Both the position numbers and the translations under genes were made by a program. The notes below the pieces were generated by a model. The model was not told where the DNA came from. It was given only the letters and a program-made list of their open reading frames with translations, and did no database searches. DNA of 64,000 bases from an uncultured Acidobacteriota bacterium (lineage in GTDB: Bacteria > Acidobacteriota > Thermoanaerobaculia > Gp7-AA8), in the NCBI GenBank assembly GCA_963741955.1, contig CAVUKB010000009.1:1-64000 (forward strand), read 5' to 3'. Of the stretch, positions 1 to 9,700 are shown one piece after another. Within the stretch, counting starts at the first letter, position 1. Each line of letters opens with the position of its first letter.

Positions 1-392
1 ACATGATGAACATCTATAACGGGGTGGTCGTGCTCGGCCCGGAAGGCACAGCGGTGATCACGATGCCCGAATGGTTCCAGGCGTTGAACCGTGATTTTCG
101 CTATCAGCTCACCGCAATCGGATCCCCGGCCCCTCGCCTCTACGTGGCGGACGAGATCGCGAACAACCACTTCACCATCGCCGGAGGACAGCCCGGCCAG
201 AAAGTTTCATGGCAAGTCACGGGGGTGCGTCACGATCCGTACGCGGATGCTCATCGAATCCCGGTCGAGCAGTGGAAACCGGACGCCGAGCGGGGAACGT
301 ATCTTCACCCCGAGCTGTATGGGGAGCCCGAATCTCTCGGCATCGAGCAATCTCATCTGCCGGACGACGTGCTGGAATCGCAGCAGAAGTAG
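1..392 (+). CDS. C-terminal part of a large secreted/fibre-like protein (5' end outside window)
   Basis: Open from window edge; NIYNGVVVL..G.A.I.MPEWF.ALN.DFRYQLTAIG...V.WQVTG.R.D resembles a C-terminal module I recall from fibre-like surface proteins. Confidence 0.6.
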   Translation, partial: MMNIYNGVVVLGPEGTAVITMPEWFQALNRDFRYQLTAIGSPAPRLYVADEIANNHFTIAGGQPGQKVSWQVTGVRHDPYADAHRIPVEQWKPDAERGTYLHPELYGEPESLGIEQSHLPDDVLESQQK

Positions 393-512
393 TGTGAGAG
401 AGAGGTCGCGCCACACGGATCAGACTCCCGGCAGTTGGTGCGCAATCGGCAAGTCGAGGTGGTGCGCAACGCGCCGCCTCGACTCGCCTCCGGTGCAGAT
501 CGCGTTCCGGGA

Positions 513-857
513 ATGCTCGTACCGTTCACCGCGACAGGTCTTTATGGCGGACCATCTCTGATCTCCGGTGCGGCGAGGACGTTCATGTTCACCGGCCGGT
601 GCGGAATTCCGAGTTCCGCGAAGGCGGTCTCGATGAACGTGGCCGTCGTCGATCCGACGAATGGCCCCGGATTCTTCACCGCGTATCCAGGCGGAACGAC
701 CCTGCCGCTCGCTGCGACCATCAACTACGTGGCCGGACGGACCCGCGCAAACAATGCGATCGTCCCCCTCGGCGCATCCGGTGACTTGACGATCTATTGT
801 GCGCAGGGCGGCGGAACCGCGGACCTGGTCATTGACGTGAACGGCTACTTCCAATGA
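513..857 (+). pseudogene. N-terminally truncated beta-sandwich surface-domain gene, paralog of the next gene
   Basis: CGIPSSAKAVSMNVAVV...DLVIDVNGYF aligns by eye with next ORF; lacks its signal peptide and PCRxxDTR motif; start uncertain (ORF opens at 435). Confidence 0.45.
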
Positions 858-868
858 GAGGGAATTCC

Positions 869-1333
869 ATGAACGCAAGAATGCTTCGACTGCTCTTCTT
901 TGCTCTCAGTGTGGTGCTGGCTTCCGGGACGCTCTTTGCTGCCGGGCCGTACCAGTTCTATTCCGTTACGCCTTGCCGGGTGATCGACACGCGCGGCGCG
1001 ACGGGAGCCACCGGCGGACCGGCTCTGGCGGGCGGTGCAGTCAGATCGTTTCCGATCAACGGGATCTGTGGAGTCCCCACCGATGCAAAGGCCGTGGTGG
1101 TGAACGTGGTGGTCGTGAGTCCGACCGGAACGGGTCATATCCGGCTGTATCCGTACAACACCCCCATGCCGATGGTCGCGACGCTGAATTTCGAGGCGGG
1201 GGATCCGGCGATCGCGAACGGCGCGATTCTTCCTGCCACCATCGATCCGACCTGGAACTTCACGGTCTATCTCGGAACCGGGACGGGGACGACCGCGCAA
1301 CTGGTAGTCGACGTCAGCGGATATTTCCGCTGA
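869..1333 (+). CDS. Secreted single beta-sandwich domain protein (PCRxxDTR...DVxGYF type)
   Basis: ATG 869 after GAGAGGG; Sec signal MNARMLRLLFFALSVVLASGTLFA; TPCRVIDTR and VVDVSGYF motifs. Confidence 0.75.
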   Translation: MNARMLRLLFFALSVVLASGTLFAAGPYQFYSVTPCRVIDTRGATGATGGPALAGGAVRSFPINGICGVPTDAKAVVVNVVVVSPTGTGHIRLYPYNTPMPMVATLNFEAGDPAIANGAILPATIDPTWNFTVYLGTGTGTTAQLVVDVSGYFR

Positions 1334-1569
1334 GCGACCCGCACGGTGTGAGAAACGCGGGCCGGGCAGTTCGGGGACGGAATTCCCGACTGGTGGTGCG
1401 ATCGAGGCCGGCGAGGCACCTCCCGATCGGGCTCGATGTTCCCTCGTCCGCGGAGCGTGATCTCGCGCACGCCACGGGTTAGAATGCCGAACACCGCGAC
1501 GAACTGCTCCGGTGACGACGGCTTCGACCGTCCGGGCCTCTCGACGCGCCGTTCTTCGAGCGACTACTC

Positions 1570-2853
1570 ATGAGACAGGCATTTGTTCTCGGCGTGATCG
1601 CCGCCCTCTCGATCCTCGTCACTTTCGTCAATCAGTGGTTCATCATCGTGACGATTGGTCCGGGACTCTCGACCGACGCCCTCTACGCAGGCCTCGCGAT
1701 TCCGCAACTCGTTCTGGCGATGGTGAGCGGATCGCTGATGCACGTGCTGGTTCCGCTTCTCTCGGGCAACGATCCGACGGAGGCGCGAGCCGATGCGTGG
1801 ACCCTGATGGCGTTCATCGGAATCCTGTTTGGAGCGGTCACCCTCGTTCTCGTGGTTTTCGCGCCGCTCTGGGCACCTCTCCTGTTCCCCGGCTTCCGGA
1901 CGGACGGTGCGGCGCTGCTGGTGCAGCTGACGCGGATCCAGGCGGTCGGAATGCTCTTTGCCGGCCTGTCCGGCGTTCTCTGGGCTTTCAACCATTCGCA
2001 GAAACGCTTCATCTGGGCGGACGGGAGTCAGTTCGTCGCGACCGTTCTCGCTCTCGGGCTCCTGGTGTGGCTGCTGCCGCGAATCGGGATCGTTGCCGCG
2101 GCCTGGACCTACGTCGGGCGCGCGGTGTTGCAGTTCGCGTTCCTCCTTCCCGGGCTCGGTTGGCCTTCGCGTGCTGCCCGCGCGCGCGCGACGGTTCGTG
2201 AGGCGTGGAAACGCCTGCAGCCGCTGCTGGTCGGAACGGCCTACTACAAAACTGATCCGGTGCTCGACCGCGTCCTCGCGTCGATGTCACCGGCAGGTGA
2301 GCTCTCGCTGCTCTACCTGGGACAGCAGATGTTTGGCGCGGCCACGAAGATCGTGAACAATGCGCTCGCCGCGCCTCTCGTCCCTCTTCTGTCGACGGAG
2401 GCGAAGAATCGGAACTGGGGAGCATTCCGGGTCCTCTACCGTCAGCGGCTCGCCTGGATCGGTGCGCTGACCGGAGGAGGTTACGTGGCGTTCGTCTTCA
2501 TCGGAAGAGAGGTTCTGAGCCTGGTGATCGGACACGGCGGGGTCACCGCTCAGAACGTCGACTTCCTCTGGAAGGTGATGGTCGCGCTGGTGGGGGTCTT
2601 CGTCGCCGGAGCTCTCGGGCAGGTCACGTCCGTCGCGTTCTACTCCGAGGGAGACACCAGAACCCCGACGCGTCTCGGAATCGTGACCTATACCGTATAC
2701 GTTCCCCTGAAGATCATCGCGTACCTGCGGTTCGGAGTGATCGCCCTGGCGATTGCGACGAGCGCGTTCGTGATCGTCAATACCGCTCTGCAGTACATTC
2801 TGATGGAGCGAAATCTCAGGCGGAGGATTCCACTGGTCGATGAGCCTGCATGA
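1570..2853 (+). CDS. MurJ/MviN-family (MOP superfamily) lipid-linked glycan flippase
   Basis: About 12 TM segments; GLSTDALYAGLAIPQL and AFYSEGDTRTP motifs typical of MviN/MurJ. Confidence 0.8.
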   Translation: MRQAFVLGVIAALSILVTFVNQWFIIVTIGPGLSTDALYAGLAIPQLVLAMVSGSLMHVLVPLLSGNDPTEARADAWTLMAFIGILFGAVTLVLVVFAPLWAPLLFPGFRTDGAALLVQLTRIQAVGMLFAGLSGVLWAFNHSQKRFIWADGSQFVATVLALGLLVWLLPRIGIVAAAWTYVGRAVLQFAFLLPGLGWPSRAARARATVREAWKRLQPLLVGTAYYKTDPVLDRVLASMSPAGELSLLYLGQQMFGAATKIVNNALAAPLVPLLSTEAKNRNWGAFRVLYRQRLAWIGALTGGGYVAFVFIGREVLSLVIGHGGVTAQNVDFLWKVMVALVGVFVAGALGQVTSVAFYSEGDTRTPTRLGIVTYTVYVPLKIIAYLRFGVIALAIATSAFVIVNTALQYILMERNLRRRIPLVDEPA

Positions 2854-3559
2854 AGACTTCACCCGGCACGGGAAGATGGCGGACCTCGGACGATGGTACG
2901 TCACCGGATTCGTGCGCTCGGTCGCTGGAGAACTCCCCGAAGGGGTGCGCGTTCTCGACGCGGGAGCGGGTGAGTGCGTCTACAAGAGCTTCTTCTCCCA
3001 CTGCCGGTACACTGCGGTGGACCTCGGCGTCGGCGACAGTTCGTGGAACTACGGAAACCTCGATGTGATCGCAGCGCTGCACCGAATGGGCCTGGAGAGC
3101 GACCGATTCGACGCGGTGCTCTGCACGCAGGTTCTCGAGCATCTCGAGCTTCCCGCCGAATCGCTGGTCGAGATTCACCGGGTGCTCCGCCCGGGAGGAA
3201 AGCTCTATCTAACCGCGCCGATGTCGCATCCCCAGCATCAACAACCATACGACTTCTTCCGGTACACGTCGTTCGGTCTGCAGTCGCTCCTGATCAGAGC
3301 CGGTTTCTCGAAAGTGACGGTCGAGCCCTTCGGCGGGATGTTCATCCGCTGGGCCTACGAGCTTCCACGTGCGCTCGCGGTCATCCCTGGGGCGGGCCTT
3401 GTGGCGGGGAAGATCAATTGGGCGGGTGTCGCACTCTTGCCGTTGAAGTTCGCCGCAAAGCTTTTCGTACCGCTGGCGCAGCGACTCTGCCTCTTCCTGG
3501 ACCGGTTCGAAAAGGAAAAGGACGACCCGTTCGGATGGGCCGTCGTGGCGGAAAAATGA
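2840..3559 (+). CDS. Class I SAM-dependent methyltransferase
   Basis: VLDAGAG motif I; FDAVLCTQVLEHL; RVLRPGG. Confidence 0.9.
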   Translation: MSLHEDFTRHGKMADLGRWYVTGFVRSVAGELPEGVRVLDAGAGECVYKSFFSHCRYTAVDLGVGDSSWNYGNLDVIAALHRMGLESDRFDAVLCTQVLEHLELPAESLVEIHRVLRPGGKLYLTAPMSHPQHQQPYDFFRYTSFGLQSLLIRAGFSKVTVEPFGGMFIRWAYELPRALAVIPGAGLVAGKINWAGVALLPLKFAAKLFVPLAQRLCLFLDRFEKEKDDPFGWAVVAEK

Positions 3560-4518
3560 CGGTGCAGGTTCTTTCGATGGAGATGGAGAGCCGGCCCTGT
3601 CCACTGTCGTGTGAAGCCGGCGACGAGTTCCTGTTCACCGGAACGGATCGTCTCCATGGCCTCCCGGGGGAGTTCCGCGTGGTTCGCTGTCGCGGTTGCG
3701 GGCTGATGCGGACGGATCCTCGTCCGGCTCCCGGATCGATGGGAGCTTTCTACCCCAGCGACTATTCGCCGCACCTGTACACCCGGGTCACCGGGAGACC
3801 ACACGCGACATCCAGACGTTCGTGGAAAAGGACGGTCCGGGCTCTTCTCGACACACGCGCGGAAGCGCTCCCGGGGATGCCAGCGGGCCGGATGCTCGAG
3901 ATCGGCTGTGCGTCAGGATCGTATCTCCACCGAATGGCGAGCGAGGGGTGGTCGGTGGAGGGAATCGAGTTTTCTTCCGCCGCCGCGGACTCGGCTCGGC
4001 GCCTCGGCCATCGAGTCTTCGAGGGTCGTGTCGAGGACGCTCCGGAACCCGAGGCGCGCTTCGACCTGATCGTTGCGTGGATGGCTCTGGAGCATCTCTA
4101 CGAGCCTCTCGCAGTCCTCCGCCGGCTTCGACGCTGGATCCGTCCGGATGGCTGGCTGGTGTTTTCGGTGCCGAATGCCGGCTCGCTGGAGTTCGCGGTC
4201 TTCCGGGACGCATGGTACGCGCTTCAACTGCCGACGCATCTCTACCACTACACTCCACGGACCCTTCGGAAGTTGCTCGACCACTCCGGGTGGGTTCTCG
4301 AGCAGGTGATTCATCAGCGGACCATCAGTAACCTCGTGGCCAGTATCGGCTATGCTCTTCGAGATCGCGGTTTCCGCTCTGTGGGAGCGTCGCTGGTGGC
4401 GTACCCTGAGCGGTCCGGGCGTTCTCACGACCTTCTCTTTCCCGCAGCCTGGCTTCTCGCATCGATCGGGCAGACTGGGAGGATGACCGTGTGGGCGCGG
4501 CCGGAGGAGGTGGGGTGA
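3556..4518 (+). CDS. Class I SAM-dependent methyltransferase with N-terminal Cys (Zn-ribbon-like) region
   Basis: ATGA overlap with previous stop; CPLSC...CRGC; MLEIGCASG; MALEHL; VFSVPN. Confidence 0.88.
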   Translation: MTVQVLSMEMESRPCPLSCEAGDEFLFTGTDRLHGLPGEFRVVRCRGCGLMRTDPRPAPGSMGAFYPSDYSPHLYTRVTGRPHATSRRSWKRTVRALLDTRAEALPGMPAGRMLEIGCASGSYLHRMASEGWSVEGIEFSSAAADSARRLGHRVFEGRVEDAPEPEARFDLIVAWMALEHLYEPLAVLRRLRRWIRPDGWLVFSVPNAGSLEFAVFRDAWYALQLPTHLYHYTPRTLRKLLDHSGWVLEQVIHQRTISNLVASIGYALRDRGFRSVGASLVAYPERSGRSHDLLFPAAWLLASIGQTGRMTVWARPEEVG

Positions 4519-4642
4519 TGGTGACGAGCTTGCTCGACGGTTGGTTTCGGAGAACCGCAGCACCGACTTCCGGGGAGGTTGCGAGCTCGAAGGTCCTCGA
4601 ATCAGCGGGTTCGGTCGGGTCGAGCCGGTGGTGGGGGAGGCC

Positions 4643-5707
4643 TTGATTCGGGTTGCGGCGTTGACGTCGGGGTTGCGGGTTCCGTCGTCTCGATTCCGGG
4701 TTCGACAGTACGTGGAGCACCTCCGGGATGGAGGGGTTGATGTACGGGAGTACATTCCGAGAGTCGACAAATATCGTGACCTCGGGCCCGGCTTGGCTCT
4801 ACGCAGCAGGCCGGCCAGAAGGCTCCTCTATGGAGGTCTGACCCTCGCGAAGCTCGCATCGCGAGTTCCCGGAGTGCTCGGAAGCCAATTCGCCGACGTG
4901 ACCTGGCTCGAAAGAGAGCTCATCCCGGGGCGTCAGTCCCTCGAACGGTTTCTCGCGAAGCCGCTCGTGTTCGACGTCGATGACGCGATCTGGCTCGGAG
5001 GACCCTACGCAGCGCGTGGGGTCGAACGAATCGCCCGCCGTTCGGCAGTAGTGCTCGCGGGGAACTCGTATATTGCGGGGTGGTTGTCGCAGTTCGCGGT
5101 GAACGTGGAGATCGTTCCCACGGCGGTGGACACGGCTCGTTTCCGTCCGTCGGACGCACGAGCCGATGGACCGCTCCGGATCGGGTGGACGGGGATCGCT
5201 TCGAATCTTACTTACCTCTATGCGATCGAGCAGCCGCTCAACCGGTTTCTACAGGAAACGGGAGCGGAGATCACCATCATCGCGGAAAGGCCACCCGAGT
5301 TTCGTTGCATTCGAACCGATCGCGTCCGATTCGTACCCTGGAGCACGCAGAACGAATCGGACGCGCTCCGCGAGATCGACGTCGGGCTGATGCCGCTTTC
5401 ATTCGACGAATGGGCGCGCGGCAAGTGCAGTTTCAAGATGCTCCAGTACATGGCCTCCGGAATTCCCGTCGTCGTGACGGACGTCGGCATGAACTCGGAT
5501 CTTCTGCGGATGGGAGAGGTCGGATTCGGTGTCCGTACGGAGGAAGAGTGGTTGGACGCGCTGATGGCACTCCACGTAGACCGCGATCTGAGGCTGCGGC
5601 TCGGGAGGAACGGAAGAGCGCTCGCAGTCACACGGTTCGACACGGCGGTGATCGCCGCGAGACTGCTCGATCTGTTCCGGTCGGTGTCGACGCGGAGTCT
5701 GTCGTGA
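4643..5707 (+). CDS. GT4 family glycosyltransferase
   Basis: TTG start after GGGGAGG; FDVDDAIW; KCSFKMLQYMASGIPVV. Confidence 0.88.
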   Translation: MIRVAALTSGLRVPSSRFRVRQYVEHLRDGGVDVREYIPRVDKYRDLGPGLALRSRPARRLLYGGLTLAKLASRVPGVLGSQFADVTWLERELIPGRQSLERFLAKPLVFDVDDAIWLGGPYAARGVERIARRSAVVLAGNSYIAGWLSQFAVNVEIVPTAVDTARFRPSDARADGPLRIGWTGIASNLTYLYAIEQPLNRFLQETGAEITIIAERPPEFRCIRTDRVRFVPWSTQNESDALREIDVGLMPLSFDEWARGKCSFKMLQYMASGIPVVVTDVGMNSDLLRMGEVGFGVRTEEEWLDALMALHVDRDLRLRLGRNGRALAVTRFDTAVIAARLLDLFRSVSTRSLS

Positions 5708-6831
5708 CGTACGAGGAGCTTCGGGACCGTCGCGTCTGTCTGGTGATCGGATCCCTCGTGCATCCGGGAGGAGCGGAAAGGGTGCTGACCAGGCTGGCCA
5801 ATCATTGGGCGAGCCGTGACGTCGCAGTGGACGTCGTGGTTCTCGATCACTCGAGACCTCGCCCCTACTGGCCGCTGGACGAGCCCATAAGGCTCCACTC
5901 GCTGGGAGTGACCCGCCGTTCCGAGAACCTTCTGGCCGGATTGACGAACAACATTCGCCGAATCCTGATGCTCCGGAAGGTGTTACGAATGATCAGGCCC
6001 GACGTCGTGGTCAGTTTCATCGACGTCACGAATGTTCTTGCCGTCTTCGCGTCGATCGGATGCGGCTGGCCGGTGATCGTATCAGAGCGAACGGCTCCGG
6101 CGCAGGCTCCCATCGGAAGCGCCTGGCGTTTCTTGCGCAACGTGGCGTACCGCCTGGCGGATCGGATCGTCGTGCAAACTGCGGCGGCCGGAGTGTATTT
6201 CGCTCCGGCGATCTCTGGTCGGACCACCGTGATTCCGAATCCCGTGGAGCCCGGACCTCCACGACGCGTGGGGTCGCGGATCGTGGTCGGGGTGGGGAGG
6301 CTTTCGCGGGAGAAGGGCTTCGATCTGCTGATCGAAGGTTTCTCGCGAGTTGCCAGTCGGCACTCCGAATGGGATCTCGTGATCTATGGTGACGGTCCCG
6401 TCCGTCCTGAGCTCGAGGAGCAGATCCGACGTCTGGGCATGTCCTTGCGCATTACGCTCCGTGGCAGGGTGGCGGATGCACGCGAGGTGCTCGCGGAGGC
6501 TGGAATCTTCGCGCTTCCGTCCCGGCACGAGGGCTTTCCGAACGCGCTCTGCGAGGCGATGGCCGCTGGCTGCCCCGTCATCGCGACCGATTGTCCACTG
6601 GGGCCGAGGGAGATCGTTGCGCACGGAACCGATGGTCTACTCGTCGCGACCGAGAATCCGGAGGCCATTGCAGACGCTCTGGACACGCTCATGAACGATG
6701 AACGGCTTCGGGAGACGCTCGGTCGGAATGCCGTTTCGATCGGAGAGCGCCTTTCTCCCGCGCATGTGCTTTCCCGGTGGGATGCAGTGGTTACCCAGTC
6801 GCTCGCCTCCCGGTCGGGGAGGGACGGTTGA
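5704..6831 (+). CDS. GT4 glycosyltransferase (PglJ/PglH-like)
   Basis: GTGA overlap; GGAERV; GRLSREKGFDLLI; EGFPNALCEAMAAG. Confidence 0.9.
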   Translation: MTYEELRDRRVCLVIGSLVHPGGAERVLTRLANHWASRDVAVDVVVLDHSRPRPYWPLDEPIRLHSLGVTRRSENLLAGLTNNIRRILMLRKVLRMIRPDVVVSFIDVTNVLAVFASIGCGWPVIVSERTAPAQAPIGSAWRFLRNVAYRLADRIVVQTAAAGVYFAPAISGRTTVIPNPVEPGPPRRVGSRIVVGVGRLSREKGFDLLIEGFSRVASRHSEWDLVIYGDGPVRPELEEQIRRLGMSLRITLRGRVADAREVLAEAGIFALPSRHEGFPNALCEAMAAGCPVIATDCPLGPREIVAHGTDGLLVATENPEAIADALDTLMNDERLRETLGRNAVSIGERLSPAHVLSRWDAVVTQSLASRSGRDG

Positions 6832-7952
6832 AAGTCGCGCTCCTGATCCATTCGCTCGCGTTCGGCGGAGCGGAGAGGCAGGTGACGATGCTCGCGCGCG
6901 GGCTCGCGGAACGGGGACATCGGGTCCATCTGGTCACCTTGTACGACCACGATGAGCTGAAGCGCGATCTCCAGGGGACTGCCGTAGAGTGCGTGTCGCT
7001 GGGGAAACGCGGCCGTGGCGACCTGGTGGGCTTCGGCTGGCGTTTCGTGCGAGCCTTCTGTTCGATTCGTCCCCACGTGATCTATTCGTTTCTCCCGATG
7101 CAGAACCTTCTGACTATGTTGTTGAAGATTCCCGGTGCGAAATGGAGGATTGTTTGGGGTGTTCGTGCGTCGCGTGTGGAACTGTCGCTCTACGGGGGTG
7201 TGAGCCGCATCACTCATCGGCTGGCGTTGGTCGGCGCGCGGGTTGGTGTTCCGGACAGGATCGTCTGTAATTCCTTCGCCGCCCGGAACGAGCTGTTGGG
7301 GGAAGGAGTCTCACCCGAACGGATCGCGGTGGTTCCCAATGGAATTGACTGCCGGAGGTTTCGCCCGATGGGGGAGCGACGGTCCGTGGGCCGGCAAGCC
7401 ATGGGATTCGATCCGGAGGACATCGTGCTCGGTTTCGTCGGGCGGATCGATCCGATGAAAGACCTCCCGACGCTCCTCCGGGGTTTTGCGATGGTCGCCC
7501 ATTCCGACCGGCGCCTCCACCTGGCCTGTGTCGGGAACGGACCGGAAACGTATCGCTCCTCGCTTCGCCAACTGGTGCGTGAGCTCGGTGTCCGTGATCG
7601 CGTTCGGTGGTTTGCCGCACGTGAGAACGTCGAAGACATCTACAACGCGATCGATCTCCTGGTCTCGCCATCGCGCAGCAGCGAGGGTTTTTCGAACGTC
7701 ATTGCGGAGGCGATGGCGTGCGGGGTACCATGCGTGGTCACGGACGTAGGGGATTCCGCCCGAATCGTCGGACCCGTCGGAACGGTGATTCCGCCGAAAA
7801 ACGCTGGGCGGTTGGCAGAGGCGATTACGGAGCAGCTCGCGCGACGCGGCTCCGCGGATTCAATCCGGAAGAGTATCGAATCGCGTTTCGGACTCGATGC
7901 GATGGTCGACTCCACCGAGGCGATTCTGGCCGCTCTGGTGCGGTCGAACTGA
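6828..7952 (+). CDS. GT4 glycosyltransferase
   Basis: TTGA overlap; GGAERQ; GRIDPMK; EGFSNVIAEAMACG. Confidence 0.9.
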   Translation: MKVALLIHSLAFGGAERQVTMLARGLAERGHRVHLVTLYDHDELKRDLQGTAVECVSLGKRGRGDLVGFGWRFVRAFCSIRPHVIYSFLPMQNLLTMLLKIPGAKWRIVWGVRASRVELSLYGGVSRITHRLALVGARVGVPDRIVCNSFAARNELLGEGVSPERIAVVPNGIDCRRFRPMGERRSVGRQAMGFDPEDIVLGFVGRIDPMKDLPTLLRGFAMVAHSDRRLHLACVGNGPETYRSSLRQLVRELGVRDRVRWFAARENVEDIYNAIDLLVSPSRSSEGFSNVIAEAMACGVPCVVTDVGDSARIVGPVGTVIPPKNAGRLAEAITEQLARRGSADSIRKSIESRFGLDAMVDSTEAILAALVRSN

Positions 7953-8005
7953 GCCCGACTCATCCAGAGAGGTCCGCGAATCGCTGCGACGGCATCCTGA
8001 CCAGC

Positions 8006-9700
8006 ATGACCAGTATGACCGGTATGTCGACGATCGATCGAAACAGTGCGGAATCGTACGGAACCCGCTGGCCCATGGGGCGTTTGCTGGACGCCGCGGC
8101 CTGGGTGGCCATGGCAGCGAGCCTCGCTCTCGCGTTGCTGCTCATGCCACGATTCCGGGACCTCGGGTACGTCGAGTTCGTCGGCGCAATCTGCGCGGTG
8201 GCTGCGGCGGTGTGGTACCGAGGATTCAGACATTCCGAATCGCTCCGAATCGCGACGGATTTCTTCGCGATCGCGTTCGCCGTCCGCTTCGTCGCCACGA
8301 TCGGCTTCTTCTGGTCCGGTGTTTTGCATGGAGATCCCTACGGGGGCAGCCCGGACGCGTGGAGCTACGACCGGTGGGCCAGATACCTCGTTCACGCATG
8401 GGTTCACGGACGATTCCCCGACATCTCCGCATACTCGCTGGCAGGTCGATGGAATGTGGGATTTGACAATCTGCTCGGGTTGAGCTACCTCGTCTTTGGA
8501 GAGTCTCTCCTTGTTGGGAGGGTGCTGCTCGTGCTCTTCGGAGCGCTGACCACGGTGATGTTGTACCAGGTCGCGCGATTGATTGCCGACGAGAAGATCG
8601 CCATCCTGACTGCGATCCTGTACGCGTTCTGGCCGCTGTCCGTAGGATGGTCCTCCAAAGCCGTGTTGCGCGACTCCATGGTCTGGTTTCTTCTTCTCGC
8701 GGCGACTTGGCTGATCGTACGAATCAGTTCCGGGCGCAACTTCGATCTGATCCCGCTTCTCGCGGTACTCGCTGCGTTGCGCTTTACCCGTGCGTACGCG
8801 GAGTTCATTGTGGCGGTCGGTGTCGCGCTCACCGGAATCTCGATGGTGATCCTGAGAAGGAAACGGTTACTCGCGCCCGCGCTTGGTTTGATCGCCGTCT
8901 TCGCCGCCTGCGAGGCGATTTTCGTCGCCATGGACTACCCGAATGTGATCGGCATGATCCAGGCGTACGATCCTGCCGGGCACGTGATGAAGCGGATTCC
9001 CTGGCGAAAGCCTCCGGAGCAGATGCACGAAGCGCAGGCGAGAGAGCTTCGGAGGATCCGGGGCGCGGAACCGGCGTCGGGAGTCGCAGAAGATCGAAGT
9101 GTCTCGCGGGATGAATCGCGTGCTGACGTGCCGCCCGAGTTTCGCGACGCGGAGCACTCGAGACCCGAGCCGCGCTCCATTCGCACGGAACCTCCGTCGG
9201 TCTTCGGAAACATCGTCCGGTTTACGCTCGGACCGTTCGCCTGGGGAAGGGTTCGATCCTATGGTGATGCGTGGCAGTCGGTCTCGATGTGGCTCTGGTA
9301 CGCCATCTTCCCGCTCATCGCGCTCGGGATGGTGCTTTCTTTCCGAGGTTCCCGGCCGCTCAGAATCCTCATGATGACGTCCGTCATTTTCGCCGTGATC
9401 CTGATGGCCCGAGGAAGAGGAGATGCATTCCGGCAGCGCGAGATGATCATGCCGGTGATGATTCTGGCTGCTGCCACAGGCGCCGCGTCCGCACGGCGAT
9501 TCGTGCGACCGATCGCGCTCGCCTACCTCGGGCTTGCGGTCCTCCTGGCGGCCGGAATCGTGTACCACCGGCATACAGTGGCCGAGCGACGCCTGATCGG
9601 TCGCATCGACCCGACTACCCGTCTCGAACGGATCACGGCCCGCGACGAAGAATCGGCAATGCGATTCGCAACCAGAGGCCCGCGACGGTTCCTGTCGTGA
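8006..9700 (+). CDS. Multi-TM GT-C/Wzy-like membrane protein (polymerase or polyprenol-phosphate-dependent transferase)
   Basis: Many TM helices; loop DAWSYD; LRDS motif; lies in the GT operon; start uncertain (several in-frame ATGs). Confidence 0.65.
   Translation: MTSMTGMSTIDRNSAESYGTRWPMGRLLDAAAWVAMAASLALALLLMPRFRDLGYVEFVGAICAVAAAVWYRGFRHSESLRIATDFFAIAFAVRFVATIGFFWSGVLHGDPYGGSPDAWSYDRWARYLVHAWVHGRFPDISAYSLAGRWNVGFDNLLGLSYLVFGESLLVGRVLLVLFGALTTVMLYQVARLIADEKIAILTAILYAFWPLSVGWSSKAVLRDSMVWFLLLAATWLIVRISSGRNFDLIPLLAVLAALRFTRAYAEFIVAVGVALTGISMVILRRKRLLAPALGLIAVFAACEAIFVAMDYPNVIGMIQAYDPAGHVMKRIPWRKPPEQMHEAQARELRRIRGAEPASGVAEDRSVSRDESRADVPPEFRDAEHSRPEPRSIRTEPPSVFGNIVRFTLGPFAWGRVRSYGDAWQSVSMWLWYAIFPLIALGMVLSFRGSRPLRILMMTSVIFAVILMARGRGDAFRQREMIMPVMILAAATGAASARRFVRPIALAYLGLAVLLAAGIVYHRHTVAERRLIGRIDPTTRLERITARDEESAMRFATRGPRRFLS

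Noticed and set aside
7997-8032. 9-bp repeat (ATGACCAGT-like) giving stacked start codons
   Set aside because: Only 3-4 imperfect in-frame copies; affects start choice only.
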